This document shows, piece by piece, positions 39,101 through 46,089 of a stretch of 64,000 nt of DNA (positions within the stretch are counted from its first letter, which is position 1; each line of letters begins with the position of its first letter). The DNA is from Rhabdothermincola salaria (lineage in GTDB: Bacteria; Actinomycetota; Acidimicrobiia; Acidimicrobiales; Acidimicrobilacustridaceae), in assembly GCF_021246445.1 (NCBI RefSeq), contig NZ_JAJQXW010000004.1, forward strand, positions 62,001 through 126,000, read 5' to 3'. A program made the position numbers and the translations under genes. The notes under the pieces are model-generated. The model ran no database searches and was not told the origin of the DNA. It saw only the letters and a list, made by a program, of their open reading frames with translations.

Positions 39101-39162
39101 GGGGACTCGCCGAGGGCCGCCTGGCCGAGGACGACGGTCGGCTGCGGCCGGGCCCGAGCTGA
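33136..39162 (+). CDS. DUF4011 + SF1 helicase + Vsr/DUF559-like nuclease + DUF3320-like protein (Hhe-type architecture) with N-terminal transglutaminase-like domain (~2008 aa)
   Basis: GTCIDL...GHAFAG...VETT; DUF4011 WKSALLDLSMRNPLLN, ETGANNLYL; EGPPGTGKSQT, FDEASQ, WHYRSQ, NLENVQGRERD, RRLNVAVTRAR; FKVDLA...LDG...DRD; EGPIE C-terminal region. The exact start is uncertain. Confidence 0.85.
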   Translation: MDHSGQFDGQPAESSGTEPAVAPGRSGVNLDAHPGEPELSVSGEATNTPAFSVDVEGPDKIFYALAHNRVPVIRKLGVRNDHADASGTVAIKITSSWSRSAEPPVLPFQVTMQCPGRGDVGILEGLDIRMNDAQMTLIEEACPATLRLEIQPEHGPSQMIERHLEILARDEWAFDPEFPSAIAAFVQPNHPTTNDVLKAASALLQRNTGDGSLQGYQGGPERAVAIGEAIYLAIQDFIDTYINPPASFEENGQKVRALDRVLEERNGTCIDLACAYAACLEQAGLHPLIWLVDGHAFAGFFDTESSLPQASLTDPTTMLNIIEGGGITAVETTCIPNKQPFAEATKAPLGHFTELRLRAMVDVHAAHRAGIRPLPARVRTGDVITVVIDPGPGTAPVIERRDAATNRILPQTVPARIESWKSALLDLSMRNPLLNFRPSRGGLELLPPRGKLPQIEDHLHSGEGFMVHPADQVGELARARGVREATAEADELLQEAWDALGAVLSTTRTKEFATRLRSLISKARLQEQETGANNLYLTLGSLTWEDPRSSAGPVQSPIFLVPVRLDRARGSDIPVVRLDEGGISTPNYCLIEALRARHNLTVPFFSEDMADDSGLDIERGMSSLRKAITDRGLPFLVNDSSALAVLQFSKFRLWKDLDDHWAELMASPVVKHFVENPKTPYVDPANPAKDAVVLDETEVFTPVPADGAQLRAITRAVNGESFVLEGPPGTGKSQTITNLLANALAKGRTVLFVAEKQAALSVVKERLHSVGLDPYCLDLHDKGSDPASIRRQLLHALDHHPGHDAAAWERTERDFAAGASMLRTYRDRLHSPNTNGVSYWAAHVRLGELGPGQQAPVPRRFLEVDAATVTAIREVLASLPAVSGPAQPRPAHPWHLADATSFEQIDRPALTTAINNVRAALDALPTVPLSLPIAGEATTLDELLATQQLLWLHTVGALPPTTMWERVSAAGWRDRANALVEQARAAVASHGEVVGQVGVDLLDVDFGPTLAALEAAKSSFALGRKGRIRGALGDLATRPPFTGMEPPAAAELVARFAAAATALRSWTDAIRSVDGLELPADWRVEAPGALDTAATYIDVLDGAARLLSGTGDCAVAARRFVDAPPMLPPGILTHLGAFDSALRDVQQRLGATEHSIDRWRNGEGLLDAARRSVDDWAADAEENRFIRLQRWLVLSKELEPLTDAGLNEFVEVLLTGSVNGIDAADVFERGFMATTLLDCAERSNLDVFDRYEHDRSIGRFTALLEERQERLRTVIPSLLADGRRFNAQAGVGEVASLRNELQRKSSRGGRSVRQLLSHYPELIQQLSPCFLMSPDSVAKFLTPGKITFDIAVFDEASQIRVAEAVGAMGRARSVVVVGDSRQMPPTTFGAAGSAEPDDLYGTTDIDPLVPEEADSILEEAIDSGLDQEWLSWHYRSQDEALIKFSNDRYYESKLASFPTPAPNRGGRGLDYRRVAGQFDHGGKRNNPVEAKAIVEEIRRRAHDPVESTWSIGVVTLNREQQLEIETQLDALGDPRVNQLRETGEDEERLFVLNLENVQGRERDVILFSTAFSRRADGTAMPLNFGPLNRVGGERRLNVAVTRARRQVVVFSSFDPEDIDENRTTSVGLRHLREYLQLARDFSGQGHAATDVDTEPTDRHRREITEALRERGLRVTADLGLSSFKVDLALSLPEVGDKWLVGVLLDGPDWADRPTVIDRDALPVSVLGGMLGWPRIARVWLPSWRSEPDQVIADLVEATRTAMHTPEPDHAALAPETTNATTTGFSAEEPGVPSEPVVVTAPPPDRTESVQSAAAPVPGAPDDPGAYDDEELFEPWPLEPILGSPEDLDLQTPAVRAAAMDAISFEGPIEVERLLKSVANRFGLARVRASRLAALRSAIPPELIETSSFGEWAWPSADRGRGWKAFRTSDSLIRPIDEIAPAEILNAASAVLAHAFSAEREELVRELAGLFGAKRVTAKIAERVGSIIDWGLAEGRLAEDDGRLRPGPS

Positions 39163-39407
39163 CGGAATGACATGAGCCTGTCGCTCTTCGGCGACGGCGC
39201 CTACCTTTGCCGCCTGCGCGACCCAGCTGGAGTTCTCGGGTGGCGAGGGTCTCCCTCGACGCTGGGAGCGACAGGTAGCCCTCGGGCCCTTGCGACCGGT
39301 CAGGCCCCGGGGCCCCGGGGCCCGAACTGAGCAGCGGCCTTCGGAACATGCGGGTCAGTGTCACATCCAGCCCTTATGTTCTGGATGAACAATGAAGAGG
39401 GGATCGA

Positions 39408-40445
39408 GTGGTGGACGATTCAGAGGAAACCTGGGATCTGAGTGAACTCAGCCCCTACGACCGGCAGGCTTGGCAGGGGATCCAGCGGTGGCAGGACGCT
39501 CCGAGTCGTCGAAGCCTCGTACCGGAGAAGGCTCGTCGGAAGGCCGGACAGATCGGTCAGGGTGTCGCGGAAGCCTGGAAGGAGATCCCCGGAAGCGCTC
39601 ACATCGATGAGGTGGTGCAAATGGCACTGACCGGGGGGAACGAAGCCTTGACCGATGCGGTGGCTGCGTCGCTGAGGCGCGATCGGATCATCCATGCAGC
39701 GAATAGCGCCGGCTGCCCGGTCGAGGAAATCGCCGACCTGCGAAGCCTGGACCTCCAGTCCGTCGACACGATCTGTCCGAGCTTGAACATCCGGTATGCG
39801 GCCGCGTCGGCGGTCACCGGTGCGGGTTCGGGGTTCGTCGCTGGCGGAGGGACCGCCGCCATCATGGGCACCGGAGGGGTCGCCGCGGCACCCGGCGGGC
39901 TGGCCGTCGGCGGAGCACTCGCCGCTGACGTCGTCGCGACGATCGCCCTGGCAGCACGAGTGGTTACCCACTACGCCGGCTACTACGGCTACGACGCTCG
40001 CGAGGAAGAAGAGAAGGCCGTGATCCTCGCTGTCATCGGGGTCGGCGTCGTAGGGGAGGGAGCAGCCAAGCAGACCGCGATGCTCCACGTTCGACAGATA
40101 GCGATGATGGTTGCCCGACGAGCGGCGTGGAGGGAGCTTGGTGAAGAAGTGATCGTCAAGCTGATCCAAGGCTTGTTCGCGAAGCTCAGCGTGACGTTGA
40201 CCAAGAGGAAGCTTGCGCAGGCACTGCCGGTCGCCGGGATAGCAATCGGCGCTGGCTTCAACTACGCGCTCATGCGGAAGGTTGGCACCGCCGCATCTTT
40301 CGCCTACCGCGAGCGCTTCCTCATCGAGAAGTACGGGCTCGACTCCGGCGGGCCCACCCCGGACCTCGCTGACGTGATCGACATCGAGGACTTCGAGGAC
40401 ATGCCTGCGATAGAGGACCACACGGACGAATCAGACATGAACTGA
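39408..40445 (+). CDS. EcsC family protein
   Basis: Gly/Ala-rich hydrophobic core, YAGYYGYD, KLAQALPVAGIAIGAGFNY...YRERFL. Confidence 0.75.
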   Translation: MVDDSEETWDLSELSPYDRQAWQGIQRWQDAPSRRSLVPEKARRKAGQIGQGVAEAWKEIPGSAHIDEVVQMALTGGNEALTDAVAASLRRDRIIHAANSAGCPVEEIADLRSLDLQSVDTICPSLNIRYAAASAVTGAGSGFVAGGGTAAIMGTGGVAAAPGGLAVGGALAADVVATIALAARVVTHYAGYYGYDAREEEEKAVILAVIGVGVVGEGAAKQTAMLHVRQIAMMVARRAAWRELGEEVIVKLIQGLFAKLSVTLTKRKLAQALPVAGIAIGAGFNYALMRKVGTAASFAYRERFLIEKYGLDSGGPTPDLADVIDIEDFEDMPAIEDHTDESDMN

Positions 40446-40793
40446 GACCCGTGAACGGGTCCACCTGTTCTGCGAGTCCATGACCTTCAACTCCCAGCGC
40501 CGTGAGACCCGAGCGGCCACCGTACCGCTGCTCGCCTTGCACCCCGATTGTTCGTTGCCAGCCACACCGCGTCGCGACCGGACGCAGTTACTCGAGCACG
40601 TCCGACACCACTACTGATGGTGCACCGGATGGATCGGCGCATGAACATCGATCCGAAGCACGCCGCCGATCACCGAGAAATTCTTCCCCGTAGGGGAACG
40701 GCGCCGAGGGCGTTGACAACAAGGCGGACGGTGGCGCACTCCTGGAAAGGCAGCCCGTCGACACCCGGTCGTCGGCCCCCGAGGAGAGTCATC

Positions 40794-41516
40794 GTGAGCA
40801 CCGCAACCACCAACTTCACCACGTCGAACTCCGCCCCTGCGCCTTCCGGCCGACCGGAGCCCACACCGGTGGAGGTGTTTCGGGCGATCCACCTCGACTT
40901 CGAAGGCACCGCCACCGAGGAGCCCTCACTGCTCGGCATTGCTTGCGAGGGTGAGTGGCACGCCGTCGTGCTCGAACCGGCACTGCGCACCCTCGCCGGG
41001 TGCGGCGTGCTGGGCCAACACGTCAGTGCCGCCGACCTCCCCAAGGTGTTGGCCGCCGTTCGCCGTCGGGCCGAGACCGAGGACCGGCGGCTGTTCGCCT
41101 GGTCCACTCGGGAGCTCGATGCCATAACTGCTGCGCTCGAGGACCCTGACGAGATTGCCTGGTGGACCGAGCACCTCGAGAACGCCATCCCCTTCGCCCG
41201 GCGTTGGGCTCGACGACATGGCGTGGAGCTCCCTCGGGTCCGCCTCCCCAGGGGACACCGCCATACCCGCAACCACCTCGGGCGCTACCTCGCCGCAGTC
41301 GGCTACGACGTGCCCGGCGGCGCAGGGCCCGGCCACACCGCCGCCCGCATCCGCACCCTCCGAGATCAGCTGGCCCGTCGGGGCGACTGGTCCGGTCTGA
41401 CTGCCACCGCCAAAGGCAAGTGGACCAAGCTCTGCGCCCACAACCGAAGCGACTGCCTGGGCATGGCGGCCGTCCTCGGGCAGGTCGCCACGGACCTTGA
41501 GGGCGAGGGGCGATGA
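40794..41516 (+). CDS. Putative RNase H-like / DEDD-type 3'-5' exonuclease (240 aa)
   Basis: IHLDFEG (Exo I-like), FAWSTRELD, HNRSDC (Exo III-like); GTG at 40794 after GAGGAG. Confidence 0.55.
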   Translation: MSTATTNFTTSNSAPAPSGRPEPTPVEVFRAIHLDFEGTATEEPSLLGIACEGEWHAVVLEPALRTLAGCGVLGQHVSAADLPKVLAAVRRRAETEDRRLFAWSTRELDAITAALEDPDEIAWWTEHLENAIPFARRWARRHGVELPRVRLPRGHRHTRNHLGRYLAAVGYDVPGGAGPGHTAARIRTLRDQLARRGDWSGLTATAKGKWTKLCAHNRSDCLGMAAVLGQVATDLEGEGR

Positions 41517-42070
41517 CATCCACCGGAGAGATCGCGCCGCCCGAGAGGACCTGGGCCTCCGCCGCGGCACGACGGGACTGGGAGGCGCGCACAGCGCCGC
41601 CTGCGACTCCCTCCCCCACGCCGCTCGCACCCGCGCCACGAACCCGCCCAGGTGGTCGGACGGCAGCTGCTCGTCGTCGAGTGGAGGGCGCGTCACTGGA
41701 GTTGTTCGACGAGCCCCCACCGACAGAGGTCGAGTCGTTCGAACGACGATGGGCCGATGAAGTGGACTTTGCGACCGTGCGTCGATCCAACCGCGGCTGG
41801 ACCGTCGTCCACCTCTACGGACCGAACGCCCCGATGGGACCGCTCACCGCCTCCGATAGCCACCACCACGACTTCACCACCGCCCTCGAGGCCGCCGAGC
41901 GCCGCAACCAGTGGCGTGACGAACGCAGAGCCGCCGACGCGGCTCGCCGCCAGCGGAAGCCCTGGCGACGACCCTCCTCCTCCCTTGATGAGTTATCGAT
42001 CAGCAAAGCCGCCCCGACCGAGTCGCCCACGCCTCCACTTCGGGGCGCATCCAAATCTTCCCTGCGCTGA
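41513..42070 (+). CDS. Hypothetical protein coupled to the exonuclease gene; 3' end overlaps the convergent AlpA-like gene
   Basis: ATGA overlap with the upstream gene; no family recognised. Confidence 0.45.
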   Translation: MTSTGEIAPPERTWASAAARRDWEARTAPPATPSPTPLAPAPRTRPGGRTAAARRRVEGASLELFDEPPPTEVESFERRWADEVDFATVRRSNRGWTVVHLYGPNAPMGPLTASDSHHHDFTTALEAAERRNQWRDERRAADAARRQRKPWRRPSSSLDELSISKAAPTESPTPPLRGASKSSLR

Positions 42071-42185
42071 GCTCAGCAACCGGGTTAGGAAAGCCTGGGT
42101 CCTCGTGGACGATCTGGTGCACGCGTTGTCGGGAGATGCCGAGCATCTCGGCGATCTCCGCCACACCAACTAGATCGAGGTCCAC
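42000..42185 (-). CDS. AlpA/excisionase-like small helix-turn-helix DNA-binding protein (61 aa)
   Basis: LVGVAEIAEMLGISRQRVHQI...FPNPVAELSAGKIW...EVEAWA; GTG at 42185. Confidence 0.8.
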   Translation of the reverse strand: MDLDLVGVAEIAEMLGISRQRVHQIVHEDPGFPNPVAELSAGKIWMRPEVEAWATRSGRLC

Positions 42186-42200
42186 CCCTCGATTCTGCTG

Positions 42201-42244
42201 TTGACGTGTGACACTGCACCGGTATGCTTGACGACCGTCAAGCA
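42201..42244 (+). promoter_or_regulatory. Promoter for the recombinase-like/transposase pair, overlapped by a 20-bp palindromic operator
   Basis: TTGACG (42201-42206), 16-bp spacer, TATGCT (42223-42228); inverted repeat TGCTTGACG-AC-CGTCAAGCA (42225-42244). Confidence 0.65.
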
Positions 42245-42316
42245 CCACACTCGAAGTGGCCCCGGCGCAGCGGCAACTGCCCGGGGCCTGGCCGGCACCT
42301 GTTTGGAGGTACCGAC

Positions 42317-43204
42317 ATGGCCGATGGTAGGTCTGCGCGCTCACCTGGGGGGCTGGTCGATGAGCTCGCCGTGGTGCTCACCGAACTCACCGAATTGGAG
42401 GTGTTGTCGAGCCAGAGCCTTCCGAGGGTGACCGAACTGGTCGGTCGGTTCGGCCGGTTCCTCGAGGCGGGTGTGGGTCGAGCGTCACTGCGGGAGGTCG
42501 TGGCCGAAGACGCACGGCTGTTCGTGGTGGCGGACGCGGCGTCGGGCCCGGTCGGGGTGTCAACGATGCATCTGCGCCGGTCGGCGCTGCGGTTGGTGTT
42601 TCGCACGGCACGCCGAGTTGGGTTCGCTGATGGGGATCCAACCGTGGATCTGGTCTTGCCTCCCAAGTCAGGGGTGCGGACCCGGCCGTTGCACGACGAG
42701 GAGGTGGCACTCGCCCGCAGCGGCGCGTTGCACACGTTGACGAGCACCCGCCTGGCTGCGGCCTGGGCGTTGGCGGAAGCGACGGCGCGCACCGCCGAGA
42801 TCCCGAGGCTGACGGTCGGCGATGTGGATCTCGAGACGGGGCGGGTGTGGATCCACGGTGGCGGCCGAACCGTGCCCCGCTGGGGATCCCTCTCTTCGTG
42901 GGGAGCGACCCAGCTCGAACGACACCTGCGGACCCTCACGGCGGGCTCCGAGCAGCTGATCATCTATCGGGGCTGCGGATCGGATCAGAGTCGTCAGGCG
43001 TCGGCGTGTGTGGTCATCGGCGACGTGCTCGCCCGGGCGGGGCTCGGAGCCGAGCCCGACGTGCGGCCGCTGTCGGTCGTGGCCTGGGCAGGCCGTCAGG
43101 TCCTCGATGAGACCGGGCGGATCGAGGAGGTGGCCCGGCGGCTGGGGATGCGCAGCCTCGACCGGGCGGCTCAGCTGATCGGGTTCGATTGGCAGCAGTC
43201 CTAG
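42317..43204 (+). CDS. Tyrosine-recombinase-fold protein with degenerate active site (295 aa)
   Basis: Core-binding motif STMHLRRSALRLVF...DPT and box I ARTAEI...LTVGDVDL are present. The HxxR box reads PLSVVAW, LGH reads LGM, and there is no C-terminal Tyr. ATG at 42317 with GGAGGT RBS. Confidence 0.8.
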   Translation: MADGRSARSPGGLVDELAVVLTELTELEVLSSQSLPRVTELVGRFGRFLEAGVGRASLREVVAEDARLFVVADAASGPVGVSTMHLRRSALRLVFRTARRVGFADGDPTVDLVLPPKSGVRTRPLHDEEVALARSGALHTLTSTRLAAAWALAEATARTAEIPRLTVGDVDLETGRVWIHGGGRTVPRWGSLSSWGATQLERHLRTLTAGSEQLIIYRGCGSDQSRQASACVVIGDVLARAGLGAEPDVRPLSVVAWAGRQVLDETGRIEEVARRLGMRSLDRAAQLIGFDWQQS

Positions 43205-43207
43205 CCC

Positions 43208-44617
43208 ATGGCATCTGGTCGGCCCGTCGGCGCGCTCGAGAAGGTGGAGGCGCTGTTCGCCAACCCCGCGCTCTACGAGTTGGCGGAGTTGGTGCCCGAA
43301 CCGGACCGCTCCTGCGGTGGGCGCCCGCGTCACTACCCGAAGTTCATGGTCCTCGCCTTCGACGCGTTGTTGTCGGTGTTCGGCTCCGCCCGCCAGGTCG
43401 AAGCCGAACTGGCCCACCCTCTGGTGTGGGGTCTGATCCGCGACACCGCCGCCCGACACCGCCCCGAGGAGAGGCTTCCGGACCGGCCGATGCGCAAGCA
43501 CCACCACCGGTACCTGCGCGACCGGTACCTCACCGACCCCGCCATCTTCGCGTCGCTCGCGGATCGTCACCGCCAACTGGCCATCGACCAGGCCCGCTCG
43601 CTGGGGCTGCTCGACCCGCACGGTGGCGGCTCCTACACCCACCCCGAGCCGTCGCGGATGCTCTATGCCGACGGCAAGGTGATCACCCCGCTGTTCAAGG
43701 CCCAGGGCGACGAACCCAAGCTCGACAAGGCCACCGGTGAGTTGCGCATCCCGCGCCACGAATCCGACGGGCACCTGCACTTCCAAGGCGACGGAGAGAC
43801 CGCGTTCGGGGTCAAGTTCGTGCTCGTCGCCGTGCGCAGCCCGCATCACCGCGGTCGCATCATCGTGGATGCCGAATGGGTGCCCACCGCCGGCGGTGAA
43901 GCCGCCACCGCCATGGACTGCTTCACCCGCCTGGCTCCGCTCGCCCCCGGAGCCCAAGGGGTCATCTACGACACCGCCCTGCGCGGCACCCACCACCAGC
44001 GCCTCATGCGCGACCTCGGTCTTCTGCCCGTCAATCGGGTCACCGCCGCCAAAGCCGGCGCCAAGCGGCCGCGCCGCAAGGACGGCCAGCGCGAGAAGAA
44101 GAGCGTGCACCTCGAGGACAAGACCATCACTGCCCCCGACGGCACCCGCCATCACCTGCGCCTCTACGCCCGCGGCGGCGACCTCGGCATCGGAGACCTC
44201 ACCGACACCGGCGACATCACCTTCACCGAACTGCGCCGGATGCGCACCCACCGCAACGCCGACAAGAACGGCCGCTACCGCTGGTACAACGACTACCGGC
44301 TCCCCGACCGTCACGGCGGCGGCACCCTCACCGTGCGCCTTCACGGCAACGACCAGGATCGGGCCCGCAAGCTGAACCGCACCGAGAACCTGCGACCCAT
44401 TCCCCCTGGGGATCCGGACTTCGCGCGGCTCTACCCGCGTCGCAACGACGCCGAGTCCATCAACCGCGACCTCGACGACACCCTCTATCTGCGACGAGCC
44501 CACAGCCTCGGTGCGGCCCGCCAGCACCTCAACCTGCTCGGCTACGCCCTCGTCATCAACGCCATCGCCGTCCACCGCTACACGCGGCGACGAGCCCCCG
44601 ACGCCCGAGCGGCCTGA
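43208..44617 (+). CDS. DDE transposase, IS4/IS5-superfamily-like (469 aa)
   Basis: MLYADGK (D1), FGVKFVLV, VIYDTALRG (D2), YPRRNDAESIN (Y-x2-R-x3-E signature); starts 3 bp after the upstream stop. Confidence 0.75.
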   Translation: MASGRPVGALEKVEALFANPALYELAELVPEPDRSCGGRPRHYPKFMVLAFDALLSVFGSARQVEAELAHPLVWGLIRDTAARHRPEERLPDRPMRKHHHRYLRDRYLTDPAIFASLADRHRQLAIDQARSLGLLDPHGGGSYTHPEPSRMLYADGKVITPLFKAQGDEPKLDKATGELRIPRHESDGHLHFQGDGETAFGVKFVLVAVRSPHHRGRIIVDAEWVPTAGGEAATAMDCFTRLAPLAPGAQGVIYDTALRGTHHQRLMRDLGLLPVNRVTAAKAGAKRPRRKDGQREKKSVHLEDKTITAPDGTRHHLRLYARGGDLGIGDLTDTGDITFTELRRMRTHRNADKNGRYRWYNDYRLPDRHGGGTLTVRLHGNDQDRARKLNRTENLRPIPPGDPDFARLYPRRNDAESINRDLDDTLYLRRAHSLGAARQHLNLLGYALVINAIAVHRYTRRRAPDARAA

Positions 44618-44798
44618 ACCGCTAGCTCGTCGAGCGCATCGCACCGAGAGAGGCGACGCAGCGCGCCTCGATCCGCCCCACAGCCCCGATTCGCGCTCCC
44701 AACGGCGGCCGAGGCCGACCGAACCTCACTGGCAGCCCCACTACGCTGACCCCCGATCGGCGAGCAGTGGGTTTCGCGCCACCTTTTCGCCATCCCCC

Positions 44799-44872
44799 GC
44801 CCTCGTAGCTCAGTCGGATAGAGCGACCGCCTCCTAAGCGGTAGGCCACAGGTTCGATTCCTGTCGGGGGCG
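44799..44872 (+). tRNA. tRNA-Arg (anticodon CCT), CCA not encoded
   Basis: Acceptor GCCCTCG/CGGGGGC, D-arm TAGCTCAGTCGGATAGAGC, anticodon arm ACCGC-CTCCTAA-GCGGT, T-arm ACAGG-TTCGATT-CCTGT. Confidence 0.95.
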
Positions 44873-44961
44873 CTCGAAGCACCACCGCCGGCCTCTGGTC
44901 ATCGCCACGGACCGGTGCGAGGCTCGCGACGGTTCGGTCCTCGACACCTCGGAGGTGACCC

Positions 44962-45318
44962 GTGCGCCCACCCGGCGACATCGACATCGGCTCGGTCCTG
45001 CAGGGAGCCCAGCGGTCCACCGACGTGCGCCGGGTGTTCGGCGACGCCATCGAGCGCGACGGCGTGACGGTCATCCCGGTCGCCCAACTGCGCGGCGCCG
45101 GGGGTGGTGGTGGCGGCACGGATGCCGACACCGACGCAGCCGGTTCCGGCGGGGGCTACGCCATCACCGCTCGCCCGGTGGGCGTGCTGGTGATCCGCGA
45201 CGGCCAGGTGGAATGGCAGCCCACTCGTGACCCCGATCGGCTCGCCCTCGCCGGACTCGCCACGTTCGCCCTGGTGCTCCTGGTCGTACGGGGTGCGCTG
45301 CGGCGGGGCCGCAGCTGA
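44962..45318 (+). CDS. YtfJ/GerW-like family protein
   Basis: RVFGDAIERDGVTVIPVA...GGGGG...ARPVGVLVIRDGQVEWQP; GGAGGT RBS. Confidence 0.8.
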   Translation: MRPPGDIDIGSVLQGAQRSTDVRRVFGDAIERDGVTVIPVAQLRGAGGGGGGTDADTDAAGSGGGYAITARPVGVLVIRDGQVEWQPTRDPDRLALAGLATFALVLLVVRGALRRGRS

Positions 45319-45503
45319 ACGGGCGGCATCGATCCCATGAGGTCAGCACTCTAGGAAAGTGGGGCGCGGCGGTGCCGACCGTGGGGTGGAGTGTCCAGGC
45401 CGACACCACCGCGCTACGTGTCTAGCGCATCACGCAGCGCGCGTGGGACACCCCCGGTCGTGGGCCTCACGAGACCGCCCCTCCGCCGGACGCCACCGGG
45501 AGA

Positions 45504-45698
45504 TCAGTGCGTGCTCCGACGCCAGTCGAACGGGATCATGGCCAGCCAGAACACCGCCACGACCCCCCACAGCACGGCGCCGAGCGTGTGCTGGTGGTCG
45601 ATGTCGGCGATCACGTACGACAACGTGAGCACGAGGAACAGCACGTCGATGACGATGCGGGTGGAACGGGCGGTGAACCAAGAGGTGGCAGCATCCAT
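45504..45698 (-). CDS. Small two-TM membrane protein (64 aa)
   Basis: Two hydrophobic segments; ATG start. Confidence 0.5.
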   Translation of the reverse strand: MDAATSWFTARSTRIVIDVLFLVLTLSYVIADIDHQHTLGAVLWGVVAVFWLAMIPFDWRRSTH

Positions 45699-46089
45699 GC
45701 CCTACGACATCGGACGGCGGCCGGTGGCCCTGTAGGTGCCGGCCGGTGCTCGGGACTACGGGCAAGGGGCAAGCGTGCGAGCGGCTCTGACGTGCGGCGG
45801 TTGCCCTTCCCCGGGGGCTCGCGAGCAGTAGGATCGCGACCAGCGCAGAGGCCCACCGCTCCGGCGCTTGCCCACAGGTGACCCCCCGGGGTCGATCAGC
45901 CCTCACGGCCCGCCATGAGGACGAACCACACGCCGTCGATGCTGGCGGCGACCACGCAGCGACGATCGCTCCTCACCAATCCGGAGGGCTTCGATGGCGA
46001 CCACCCGTGACGGGTTCCCTGCGGGGTTCCTGGACTCCGATCAGATCCACGTCGCGGACTCGTCTCTGGCCGGTCATCCTGCGGAAACA

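Larger units (their letters stand above)
1..44798. mobile_element. Putative genomic (defence) island with its right boundary near the 5' end of tRNA-Arg; left boundary outside the window
   Basis: Dense cluster of defence helicases, nucleases and a methyltransferase, with recombinase-like and transposase genes abutting the tRNA. Composition looks less GC-rich than the housekeeping genes right of the tRNA (by eye). No att duplication found in the window. Confidence 0.5.

Noticed and set aside
39302..39323. GGCCCCGGGGCCCCGGGGCCC palindromic run downstream of the Hhe-type gene
   Set aside because: Low-complexity GC sequence with no U-tract or other support for a function.
40684..40718. TTCCCC-GTA-GGGGAA inverted repeat followed by TTGACA upstream of the exonuclease gene
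   Set aside because: No matching -10 at normal spacing and the arms are only 6 bp; insufficient to call a promoter or operator.
42317..43204. Calling this gene an active island integrase
   Set aside because: The HxxR, second His/Trp and nucleophilic Tyr are absent, so it cannot be a canonical active tyrosine recombinase.
40500..44798. Terminal inverted repeats for the transposase module (partial matches CTGCTCGCC near 40528 and GGTGGCGC near 40730 to the reverse complement of 44758-44795)
   Set aside because: Matches are short and non-contiguous, expected by chance at this GC content; no target-site duplication was identified.
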